In this document: piece after piece, positions 29,126 to 37,783 of the stretch | How positions within the stretch are numbered: the first letter of the stretch is position 1 | How the letters are laid out: each line of letters opens with the position of its first letter | From: an uncultured Deinococcales bacterium | GTDB taxonomy: Bacteria > Deinococcota > Deinococci > Deinococcales > JAAFIG01 | Assembly: GCA_964247135.1 (NCBI GenBank) | Contig: CAXTTL010000006.1 | Coordinates: 1-62,936, forward strand | DNA length: 62,936 nucleotides | Reading direction: 5' to 3' | The notes under the pieces: generated by a model | Told to the model about the DNA's origin: nothing | The model's database searches: none | What the model saw: only the letters and a program-made list of their open reading frames with translations | Made by a program: the position numbers and the translations under genes

Positions 29126-30337
29126 GGCAATCAGGACATCCACATCTTGGGTGGTGTTGTAAATCCCAAATGAGGCTCGAGCCGTGGATTGCAGCCCGAG
29201 CGCCCGCATGGCGGGTTGGGCGCAGTGATGACCCGCCCGAACACACACGCCGTCTTCATCCAAGAAACTGGCGACATCGTGCGGATGAACACCGCTGATG
29301 TTAAAGGCAATCACCCCCGCACGGTCTTCACCCCGAGCACCATACGTCACCACGCCCTCGAGTTGGTCGAAGCGCTCGAGGGCGTACCTGGTCAAAGCCT
29401 GCTCGTGCGCTTGAACCTGCTCGAGTCCAAGGTTTAACAGGTAATCGGCAGCCGCCGCCAGACCTATCGCGTCGGCAATCGCGGGCGTGCCAGCCTCGAA
29501 TTTGTTGGGTGGCTCGGCATAACTCGAGCGATCAGGAAAAACTTCTAAAATCATTTCGCCGCCACCCAAAAACGGCGGCATGGCTTTTAATAACTCGAGC
29601 CGCCCCCACAAGACGCCAATGCCCGTCGGTCCGAGCATCTTATGACCAGAGAACGCGTAAAAATCGGCGCCCAGTTCTTGCACGTTGACGTTTGTGTGCG
29701 GCGCACCCTGAGCGCCATCGATCAGGCACAACGCAGCCGCCCGATGCGCCATTTGAATGATTTGTTTGATCGGATGAATGGTGCCGAGTGCGTTTGAAAT
29801 GTGCGCCACCGCGACCATCTTGACGCGTCCAGATTTGAGGAGATCGCTATAATGCCCCAAATCGAGCCGACCTTCGGGCGTGATCCGCACGGCTTTGACC
29901 GTTGCGCCGCGCAAGTTCGCCACCAAATGCCAGGGCACAAGGTTGGAATGGTGCTCGAGTTCGGTGACAATGATTTCATCGCCCGCCTGAAGGTTTGCCA
30001 AACCCCACGAGTACGCCACCAGGTTGATCGCCTCGGTGGTGTTGCGCGTGAAAATCACCTCCTCGAGATGCGGCGCGTGAATCAATTTTTGCAGGGTTTG
30101 ACGGGCTGCCTCGTACAAATCGGTGGCTTCGCTCGAGAGCGTGTAAACCCCACGGTGAACATTCGCGCCGTTGTTGCGGTAATAATCGTTCATCGCCTCG
30201 ATCATGACTCGCGGTTTTAAACTGGTCGCGGTGGAATCCAGGTAGACCAGACGCTTGCCGCCCATGACCCGCTCGAGCGTCGGAAAATCGGTTTTAAGCG
30301 CTTCAAAATCTCGAGCGGTTTTTAAGGTTGCGTTCAT
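29093..30337 (-). CDS. sufS: SufS-type cysteine desulfurase
   Basis: YLDSTAT, NVHRG, FSGHKMLGPTGIG, RAGHHCAQP. Confidence 0.93.
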   Translation of the reverse strand: MNATLKTARDFEALKTDFPTLERVMGGKRLVYLDSTATSLKPRVMIEAMNDYYRNNGANVHRGVYTLSSEATDLYEAARQTLQKLIHAPHLEEVIFTRNTTEAINLVAYSWGLANLQAGDEIIVTELEHHSNLVPWHLVANLRGATVKAVRITPEGRLDLGHYSDLLKSGRVKMVAVAHISNALGTIHPIKQIIQMAHRAAALCLIDGAQGAPHTNVNVQELGADFYAFSGHKMLGPTGIGVLWGRLELLKAMPPFLGGGEMILEVFPDRSSYAEPPNKFEAGTPAIADAIGLAAAADYLLNLGLEQVQAHEQALTRYALERFDQLEGVVTYGARGEDRAGVIAFNISGVHPHDVASFLDEDGVCVRAGHHCAQPAMRALGLQSTARASFGIYNTTQDVDVLIASLERCRNFFA

Positions 30338-30357
30338 GGTACTTCCCATCTTAGACC

Positions 30358-31365
30358 TTAAACTCGAGCCGTAACCCCATGCCAAGAATCCAAAACCTTC
30401 AAATAATTGGCGCGTTCATAGGCGCTCGGGTCGGTCAAATGCCGATGGCTGAGGCTGCCGATGCACGACTCGAGATTTTGGTATTCGTGAGCCTCGAGTC
30501 AGGCTTGGGTTTCGCCCACCATCTGCGAGAGGCGTTTGATGCCGTGCTGTAAAAATTCGCTCGCCACGAAGCTGACTTTCGCGCCGCTCATCAAGCTTTT
30601 TAAGACATCTTGGTGCGTGTGAACCCCGCCCGTGATTGCCAGATCGAGCGGCACGCGCCCATGAAGCATTGCCACCCAACGAAGCCGCAAACGCAGTTCC
30701 TCCGAGGTGCTCAAATGCAGTACGGGCACTGCCTCAAGTCGCTCGAGGTCAATGTCTGGCTGGTAAAAGCGGTTGAACAAGACCAGCGCATCCGCCCCAG
30801 CCGAGGAAAGCTGCATGGCAAGATTGGGCAGGGCGCTGTAAAACGGCGAGCGTTTGACGGCGAGCGGAATGGACACGCTGCCGCGCACCTCGCGCACCAT
30901 CTCGAGCAGCCGGTCTTCAATGTCTTTGCCGCTCAGGTTGATATCGCCTGGCAGGGTGTAGACGTTTAACTCGAGCGCATCCGCACCAGCCTGGTCGATC
31001 AGTTTGGCGTGTTCGATCCAGCCGCCCGTGGTGACGCCGTTCAGGCTGGCAACGATTGGAATTCGCGTGGCGCGTTTGGCGGCGGCAACCAGCTCGAGGT
31101 AGGCATCCGGCGAGATGTTGTACTGCTGCAAATCTGGCAGGTACGAGAGCGCCTCTGGGAAGGATTCCGAACCGTGGTTCAAGTAAAAATCGAGCGCCTG
31201 ACCCTCGAGGCTGATTTGCTCCTCGAACAGGGAGTACATCACCACCGCGCTCGCACCCGCATCCTCGAGTTGCACGATGGCGTCCAAATTTTTTGAAAGT
31301 GGTGAGGCGGAAGGCACGATTGGATGCTCGAGTTTCAAGCCGAGGTAACTGGTGCTGAGGTTCAT
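30358..31365 (-). pseudogene. Dihydroorotate dehydrogenase-like protein (PFOR partner) with an in-frame TGA at 30499-30501
   Basis: [18 protein letters not shown]; frame continues past TGA as LEAHEY...GSLS...DPSAYERANYLKVL to TAA at 30358. Confidence 0.85.
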
Positions 31366-31376
31366 ATAACGTCCTT

Positions 31377-34300
31377 TCAATCGTCTGCCGAGATCGCAGT
31401 TTCATGCGGGTGCGTGACCAATGCCAGCCGCTCGAGTTCTTGCCAGCGGACTTGCACCGCTTTTTGGGCTTCAAACAAGAACACCTCGGCGGCTTCGGGG
31501 TTGCTTTGCATCAAGACCTTGAAACGCATTTCGTTCTGACGGTAATCGCGCAATGGAATGCTGGGGGCTTTGCTGTCGAGCTGCATGGGTTTCTCGAGGC
31601 GCGGGTCAAAACGGTACAGCGGATAGTGACCACTGAGGACCGCCAGTTTTTGCTGGTTCATGCCCTTGGTCATGTCAATGCCGTGCGCGATGCAATGGCT
31701 GTACGCCACAATAATTGACACGCCAGGGTAAGACTCGGCTTCCTGAAAGGCTTTGACGGTTTGCGCGTCATTGCCGCCCATCGCAATTTGGGCAACATAG
31801 ACGCTGCCGTATTCGATTGCCAGTTGCGCCAGGTTTTTGCGCGGTTGCGCCTTGCCGCCCGAGGCAAATTTTGCCACCGCACCGAGCGGCGTGCTCTTTG
31901 AGGCTTGACCGCCCGTGTTGGAATAGACTTCGGTGTCCAGCACCAAAATATTGACGTTCGCGCCGCTCGCCAGCACGTGATCCAAGCCGCCGTAACCGAT
32001 GTCATACGCCCAACCGTCGCCGCCGACAATCCAGACGCTTTTTTGGGTCAGCGCATCCGCCAGGCTCTGCAAATCTTGCACTTCGGCTCCGTGCGAGGTG
32101 TCAAGTTTCACGGTCTCGAGTTTGGCTTTGAGCATGTCCACTCGAGCACGCTGGCATTCGATGCCTTCAAAGGAATCCTGATTGGCAGTTAAAAGTTCGT
32201 CCACCAATTGGGTGCCAATTTGATTGCGCAAGCGACCCAGCAAGTCTCTGGCGTACCTGCCCTGCTGATCGAGCGTGAACCGCATTCCCAACCCGTACTC
32301 GGCGTTGTCTTCAAACAGCGAATTGCTCCAGGCAGGACCGCGCCCGCGTTTGTTGAGCGACCAGGGCGTGGTCGGCAAATTCCCGCCGTAAATGCTCGAG
32401 CAACCCGTGGCGTTGGCAATCACGGCACGGTCACCAAACAGTTGCGAGAGCAATTTGAGGTACGGCGTTTCGCCACAACCCGCGCACGCCCCAGAAAACT
32501 CGAACAGCGGCTCGAGCAGTTGGACGTTTTTGACGTTGTTGAAATGCAGGGGGTTAAGGGTGCTTGGCTGGCGTTGCTCGAGCAACTCTGGCAGGCTCAA
32601 AAAGAAATCCCAGTTCTGGCGTTCGGTCTCGAGCAGCGGTTGGACGCCAGCCATGTTGATGGCTTTGCGCGAGGCGTTGCTCTTGTCTTTGGCGGGGCAG
32701 GCTTCGACGCACAGTTGACAACCCGTGCAATCCTCGGTGGAGACTTGAAGCGTGTACTTGCGGTTCGGGAATTCTTTCCACATCGCGGCGGCGCTCTTGA
32801 AGTTTACGGGCGCATTCTCGAGCAGTGCAGGTTCGTACACCTTGGCGCGAATCACGGCATGGGGGCAGACCAGCACACACTTGCCGCACTGAATACAGAG
32901 GTCAGATTCCCAGACGGGGACCTCATCGGCGATGCAGCGCTTCTCAAAACGCGCCGAACCGCTCGGGTAGGTGCCGTCAATCGGCATGGCGCTGACCGGC
33001 AAAAGATCGCCGCGTCCCGCGATCATCTCACCCAGCACATGCGTCACAAACAAAGGCGCTCCGCTCGAGACGCTGGGCAGCAGTTGTTTGAGGCTCGAGG
33101 TTTGCGCTGGAATGACCACCTCGAATAAGTTCGCCAAGGCGCTGTCCACGGCGGCATGGTTTTTGCTGACCACCGCCGTGCCGCGCTTGCCATACGTTTT
33201 CTCAATTGACTTTTTGATCTGCAAAATGGCTTGTTCTTTGGACAGCACGTTCGAGAGCGCAAAAAAACAGGTTTGCATGATCGTGTTGACTCGGTTTCCC
33301 ATGCCCGTCTCGAGCGCCACCTTGTCGCCGTCAATCGTAAAAACCTTCAATTGTTTCTCGAGGATGGCTTGTTGCACCGGCAATGGCAGTTCGTCCCACA
33401 GGGCTTCGGGCGCAAAACGGCTGTTCAAGAGCAACGTGCCCCCAGCTTGCGCGACTTGCAGCACATCAATCCGCTCGAGAAAACCCCACTGGTGCACTGC
33501 CACGAAATTGGCGTGTTCGATCAAATACGGCGCGTGAATCTCTTGCGACCCAAAACGCAAATGCGAGACGGTTCTCGAGCCAGATTTTTTCGAGTCGTAG
33601 ACAAAATAACCCTGCGCGAAAAGCTCGGTCTGTTCGCCGATGATCTTGACGGAATTCTTGTTCGCGCCGACCGTGCCGTCGCTGCCCAAACCGTAAAACA
33701 CGGCACGCACCTGATCGCTTGGCTCGAGGTTGAACGCCGTGTCCACCTCGAGCGAGGTGTGGCTGACATCATCGTTGATGCCGATGGTGAAATGGTTTTT
33801 GGGATTTGTTTTTTTCAGTTCGTCAAAGACCGCTTTCGCCATTGCTGGCGTAAATTCTTTGCTCGAGAGTCCGTACCTGCCGCCAATGACTTGGGGCATG
33901 GTATTGAAATTTCGCATTCCCTCCATGACCGCCGTGACGACATCCTGATAGAGCGGCTCGCCAGCCCCGCCTGGTTCTTTGGTGCGGTCCAGCACCGCAA
34001 TCTGCTGCACGGTTGGCGGCAGTGCGGCAACAAGATGCTGCACCGAAAAAGGTCTGAACAACCGCACCCGCACCACACCAACCTTCTCCCCTCGAGCTTG
34101 CAGTGCTTTCACGGTTTCCTCGAGCGTCTCCCCCGCCGAACCCATCACCACGACCACACGTTCGGCGTCGGGCGCACCAGCATAATCGAACAGGTGATAA
34201 TGCCGCCCAGTCAAGACTGCCAGGCTTTCCATCGCTTTTTGCACCATGTCAGGCAGCGCCGCGTAAAACGGGTTGACGGTTTCTCGGGCTTGAAAGTACA

Positions 34301-34973
34301 CGTCTGGATTTTGCGCCGTGCCCCGAATCATCGGACGGTCCGGCGTTAAGCCCCTGGCGCGGTGCTGACGCACCGAATGATCGGAGAGCATCGTCCGAAT
34401 GTCAGAATCCTCGAGCGGTTGTATCTTGTTGATCTCGTGGGTGGTGCGAAAACCATCCAGGATGTGCATGAACGGCACCCGAGCCTCGAGCGTCGCGGCG
34501 TGCGCCACCAGTGCCAGGTCGTGCGCCTCTTGGACGCTGCCGCCGAACAACATGCCCCAACCCGTTGACCTGGCTGCCATGACATCGCTGTGATCGCCAA
34601 AAATGCTCAAGCCCTGCGCGGCGAGGCTGCGGGCGGCAATGTGAAAGACCGTCGCGGTCAACTCGCCCGCAATTTTGTACATGTTGGGAATCATCAACAG
34701 CAAGCCCTGGCTGGCGGTAAAGGTGGTGCAGAGCGAACCCGTTTGCAGAGCGCCGTGCAAGGCGCCAGCCGCGCCGCCCTCGGACTGCATTTCGGCAACC
34801 ATCGGCACGCTGTCCCACAAGTTTGTCTTGCCCTCACTCGCCCATTGGTCCGCCAGTTCACCCATGCCGCTCGAGGGGGTGATTGGGTAAATGGCGATGA
34901 CTTCGCTGGCTTTAAAAGCAATCAAAGCCGTGGCTTCGCTGCCGTCCATCGTGACGCGCCCTCGTTGTTTCAT
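31377..34973 (-). CDS. nifJ: Pyruvate:ferredoxin/flavodoxin oxidoreductase
   Basis: [18 protein letters not shown], two ferredoxin CxxCxxC motifs, [18 protein letters not shown]. Confidence 0.96.
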   Translation of the reverse strand: MKQRGRVTMDGSEATALIAFKASEVIAIYPITPSSGMGELADQWASEGKTNLWDSVPMVAEMQSEGGAAGALHGALQTGSLCTTFTASQGLLLMIPNMYKIAGELTATVFHIAARSLAAQGLSIFGDHSDVMAARSTGWGMLFGGSVQEAHDLALVAHAATLEARVPFMHILDGFRTTHEINKIQPLEDSDIRTMLSDHSVRQHRARGLTPDRPMIRGTAQNPDVYFQARETVNPFYAALPDMVQKAMESLAVLTGRHYHLFDYAGAPDAERVVVVMGSAGETLEETVKALQARGEKVGVVRVRLFRPFSVQHLVAALPPTVQQIAVLDRTKEPGGAGEPLYQDVVTAVMEGMRNFNTMPQVIGGRYGLSSKEFTPAMAKAVFDELKKTNPKNHFTIGINDDVSHTSLEVDTAFNLEPSDQVRAVFYGLGSDGTVGANKNSVKIIGEQTELFAQGYFVYDSKKSGSRTVSHLRFGSQEIHAPYLIEHANFVAVHQWGFLERIDVLQVAQAGGTLLLNSRFAPEALWDELPLPVQQAILEKQLKVFTIDGDKVALETGMGNRVNTIMQTCFFALSNVLSKEQAILQIKKSIEKTYGKRGTAVVSKNHAAVDSALANLFEVVIPAQTSSLKQLLPSVSSGAPLFVTHVLGEMIAGRGDLLPVSAMPIDGTYPSGSARFEKRCIADEVPVWESDLCIQCGKCVLVCPHAVIRAKVYEPALLENAPVNFKSAAAMWKEFPNRKYTLQVSTEDCTGCQLCVEACPAKDKSNASRKAINMAGVQPLLETERQNWDFFLSLPELLEQRQPSTLNPLHFNNVKNVQLLEPLFEFSGACAGCGETPYLKLLSQLFGDRAVIANATGCSSIYGGNLPTTPWSLNKRGRGPAWSNSLFEDNAEYGLGMRFTLDQQGRYARDLLGRLRNQIGTQLVDELLTANQDSFEGIECQRARVDMLKAKLETVKLDTSHGAEVQDLQSLADALTQKSVWIVGGDGWAYDIGYGGLDHVLASGANVNILVLDTEVYSNTGGQASKSTPLGAVAKFASGGKAQPRKNLAQLAIEYGSVYVAQIAMGGNDAQTVKAFQEAESYPGVSIIVAYSHCIAHGIDMTKGMNQQKLAVLSGHYPLYRFDPRLEKPMQLDSKAPSIPLRDYRQNEMRFKVLMQSNPEAAEVFLFEAQKAVQVRWQELERLALVTHPHETAISADD

Positions 34974-35041
34974 ACGCAACCTCCGAGACTCGAGGGGCTT
35001 GAATAAAACCTCGAGCTTGATGGTTGGAGTATGCAGGGCGT

Positions 35042-35060
35042 GGATTACGAGGGCATTACC
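35042..35060 (-). promoter_or_regulatory. Direct-repeat box 7 (nifJ operon)
   Basis: GGTAATGC-CCT-CGTAATCC, 8 nt, CATACT. Confidence 0.85.
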
Positions 35061-35082
35061 GACATGGCTCGAGGTGCGTGAC

Positions 35083-35571
35083 TCAAGCCAAGACGGTCTT
35101 TGGGACTTTCCCCGTCAGGCTCAAAAACCAGCACATGAAACGATGAGCACCGTCCGAAGTTTCCCCAAACATCAAAGGACAGCCGCCGTCAATCACCAGC
35201 ACACCGTGCTCACGACCATAGTTTGTTGCCACCTCGGAGACGCTGCCCGCATCAAGGGCGCGGTGCATCCAGACCATCGGGATACCCAGTTTCACCACCT
35301 CTTGCATGGTCGTCTCGGTATGCTCGGGACGCGTGCCGATCACGACTGCCTCGACCCCACCAGGGATTGCCTCGAGGTTCGGATAACATGTCAAGCCTGC
35401 AATCTCGGTGGCATTTGGGTTCACCACAAAAACCTCGTAACCTCGTTCCTGAAGGCGTTGCGCGACAGTATTGCTGCCATGACCCGAGGGTTTGCGCGAG
35501 ACGCCAGTGACCGCGATTCGGCGGCAAGCCAGAAATCGCTCGGCAGCCTCCGCAACTTTTATACTTGTCAT
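35083..35571 (-). CDS. CoA-binding protein (YccU-like)
   Basis: IAVTGVSR, VFVVNP, CYPNL, VWM, GGCP. Confidence 0.88.
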   Translation of the reverse strand: MTSIKVAEAAERFLACRRIAVTGVSRKPSGHGSNTVAQRLQERGYEVFVVNPNATEIAGLTCYPNLEAIPGGVEAVVIGTRPEHTETTMQEVVKLGIPMVWMHRALDAGSVSEVATNYGREHGVLVIDGGCPLMFGETSDGAHRFMCWFLSLTGKVPKTVLA

Positions 35572-35687
35572 GTTCTCTTTCCTTTCAGCTCAGAATTTGT
35601 TGTTTGGCTGCTTGAAATGGACTTGCAAAAACCGTACAGGTCGAGTGAGTGTCTTGAAGATGACCCGCAAAAATCGGTGGCATTTCG

Positions 35688-35745
35688 CCAGTTCTGCCAC
35701 AGCCCAGTTCTGCCACAACCCAGTTCTGCCACAACCCAATCTGCC
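35688..35745. repeat. 16-bp tandem repeat x3 plus a partial copy in the 5' leader of the CoA-binding gene
   Basis: CCAGTTCTGCCACA(G/A)C at 35688, 35704, 35720. Confidence 0.9.
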
Positions 35746-35751
35746 TCGCAG

Positions 35752-35770
35752 CCATTACGGTGTCGTCACC
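35752..35770 (-). promoter_or_regulatory. Direct-repeat box 8 (CoA-binding gene), degenerate
   Basis: GGTGACGA-CAC-CGTAATGG, 8 nt, CAGATT. Confidence 0.6.
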
Positions 35771-35785
35771 GAGAATCGAGGCGTA

Positions 35786-36229
35786 TCAAGACGGCTTTAA
35801 GGCTTGTTTCCATTTGGAGACAAAGCCGTGCGGCATCTGCAAACGAACCGGAATGATCTGCACTGGAATGCTCGAGCTTGCCGCGACAGCTTGCGCCACC
35901 GAACCCAAGCGAAGTCGTTCAATGCCCTCACGTCCGTGCGTGCCCATCACGATCAAATCTGCTTTTTCGGCTTGTGCCACCTCGAGAATCACGTTTGCAA
36001 CCGATTTGTCATTGGCAACAACCATACGAATACCTGGCATCATCCGTGCGCTGCCGGCGAGTTCGTTCAGCCAGGATTGTTCTGACCCGAGATCGCTGTC
36101 GGGTTGTTCTGATTGAACGTGCAGCAAGGTCACGCGAGAACCCAACCACCTCGAGAGGTCAAAGGCGTATTTGCTTGCAACTTGGCTGCACAAATCATTT
36201 TGAACTGGCACAAGAATGTGTTGATACAT
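35786..36229 (-). CDS. Universal stress protein
   Basis: MYQHILVP, ADLIVMGTHGR, LGSVAQAV. Confidence 0.9.
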   Translation of the reverse strand: MYQHILVPVQNDLCSQVASKYAFDLSRWLGSRVTLLHVQSEQPDSDLGSEQSWLNELAGSARMMPGIRMVVANDKSVANVILEVAQAEKADLIVMGTHGREGIERLRLGSVAQAVAASSSIPVQIIPVRLQMPHGFVSKWKQALKPS

Positions 36230-36276
36230 AATCACCCCCGAAGTTGGATTTCCATCTGAATCATTTTGATGCAGAC

Positions 36277-36295
36277 CCGTTACCGTGCCATTACG
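36277..36295 (-). promoter_or_regulatory. Direct-repeat box 9 (USP)
   Basis: CGTAATGG-CAC-GGTAACGG, 8 nt, CAAAAT. Confidence 0.8.
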
Positions 36296-36437
36296 GTATT
36301 TTTTGTGCGGCGCGACAAAATAATCTGCCCGAGCGGTCACGCAGCCGAGCGGCGCTCGAGTTGTTCTTTGGGTTCGCTTTCTCAGGCGGTAAGAAAAAAT
36401 CTTTGAGCAACTTGCAGCAGCCTAGAATTTGACACGA

Positions 36438-36908
36438 TCAAACTGGCTTGGGTTTTGGTCCCTCGAGCAGCGCACAAACAACAAAACCGAGCAGCATCAA
36501 GCTCGAGATCACGCACCAAAAACACCAGGCATGAATCACGAATGCCTCGAGAAACGTAAAATACGCGTAAAAGGGCAAACCGATCATGCCAGCAAATCGC
36601 AGCGAGCCAAGCATTTGAAAACCAAACAAGACATTCGAGAACACGCCGTACAACGAAAGTGCGAACAAGCCAGAAAAGTAAGCGAAACCAAAACCCGCCA
36701 CCGGCAGCCCAACCCATTTTGAATACGGGCTGGCTTGCACGACATCGCAACCAGAAATTGGACAGACCAAACTCGAGCGTCCAAGGTCGTAGCGCAAAAT
36801 GTAAAACGCGACCAGCATTCCCAAGAGCGCGAACACGCTGCCGGTCATGCGCCAGACCATGCTTTGCTGGTTGGTGGCTCGAGGCTCGGGGTTTGAAGCC
36901 CCAGACAT
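36438..36908 (-). CDS. VKOR-family membrane disulfide-forming protein
   Basis: CPISGC, SPYS, HAWCFWC; ATG overlaps the DsbA stop (TAATG). Confidence 0.9.
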   Translation of the reverse strand: MSGASNPEPRATNQQSMVWRMTGSVFALLGMLVAFYILRYDLGRSSLVCPISGCDVVQASPYSKWVGLPVAGFGFAYFSGLFALSLYGVFSNVLFGFQMLGSLRFAGMIGLPFYAYFTFLEAFVIHAWCFWCVISSLMLLGFVVCALLEGPKPKPV

Positions 36909-37639
36909 TATTTTTCCTCGAGCTTTGCCATGATCGCCTCGAAGGCTTGGACGGGCAAGGCGCCAGATACCAGAAAATCGTTGATCACAAATGATGGTGT
37001 GGCGGTTAATCCGGCGCGTTTGCCGGCGGCGACATCGGCATCGATCAGCGCTTGTGCCGATGCGCTGTTGATACATGCTCTGAGTTTTGTTCCGTTCAAC
37101 CCCAATTGATTGGCGTAATCTGCAAATTGACCGAGCACCTGGGTGAGCGAACTTGATGCCCAAGCGGTTTGTGCCCTGAACAAAATGCGTTTGTAATCGC
37201 CGAACTTCCCCTGGTCTGAGGCGCAGGCGGCTGCCAGCGAGGCGACGTTGGCGTTGGCGTGTTGCGACAATGGAAAATCACGGTAGGCAAACCGCACTTT
37301 GCCGCTCGAGACGAGCTTGCTTTCAAACAAACTTTCAAACTCGGTGGCGAACATGGCGCAGGCTGGGCATTCGTAATCCGAGAATTCGACTATCGTAAAC
37401 GGCGCGTTTTTGGCGCCCGTGACAAAACGCGCACCCTCCAAGGCATTGGCGCTGACCTGCACCAACTCGAGGTGCTGTGTTTGCCCTTGAAAAACATACG
37501 AAACATTTAACTTATTGGCGTTCGTGTTGACGCTCGAGACTTCGGCTTGGGGTTTGGCGTTGAAGAGCACAAAACCAAAACCAGCGACCACCAACAAGAA
37601 CACCACGACCAGAAAAGCGTTGCGAAATTGATTCATCAT
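36908..37639 (-). CDS. Membrane-anchored DsbA-family thiol-disulfide oxidoreductase
   Basis: EFSDYECPAC, RDFPL, cis-Pro ATPSF; N-terminal TM. Confidence 0.9.
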   Translation of the reverse strand: MMNQFRNAFLVVVFLLVVAGFGFVLFNAKPQAEVSSVNTNANKLNVSYVFQGQTQHLELVQVSANALEGARFVTGAKNAPFTIVEFSDYECPACAMFATEFESLFESKLVSSGKVRFAYRDFPLSQHANANVASLAAACASDQGKFGDYKRILFRAQTAWASSSLTQVLGQFADYANQLGLNGTKLRACINSASAQALIDADVAAGKRAGLTATPSFVINDFLVSGALPVQAFEAIMAKLEEK

Positions 37640-37734
37640 TGACCTTTCACGGGTGTTAACCACCCTGAAACAAGCGCCGTCTTAAATGCTGGGTTATGGC
37701 TGGCACAATCGACGAAACAGAGTCTGAAGGTCAG

Positions 37735-37753
37735 GCATTACAAGGGTGTTACG
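37735..37753 (-). promoter_or_regulatory. Direct-repeat box 10 (DsbA-VKOR operon)
   Basis: CGTAACAC-CCT-TGTAATGC, 8 nt, CAGACT. Confidence 0.75.
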
Positions 37754-37783
37754 GCTGGCGTTCCCCATCGACGGCTCGCCGCA

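Noticed and set aside
30355-30390. A further box upstream of sufS (GGTTACGG-N8-TAAGGT)
   Set aside because: Only one imperfect half-site, and it lies in the 3' coding end of the DHOD-like gene
30499-30501. Selenocysteine or genetic-code reassignment at the in-frame TGA
   Set aside because: The position corresponds to Trp, not Cys, and many other genes here end normally in TGA
21351-37753. The redox island as a mobile element
   Set aside because: No integrase, transposase, tRNA or att repeats are visible, and CTCGAG remains frequent inside it
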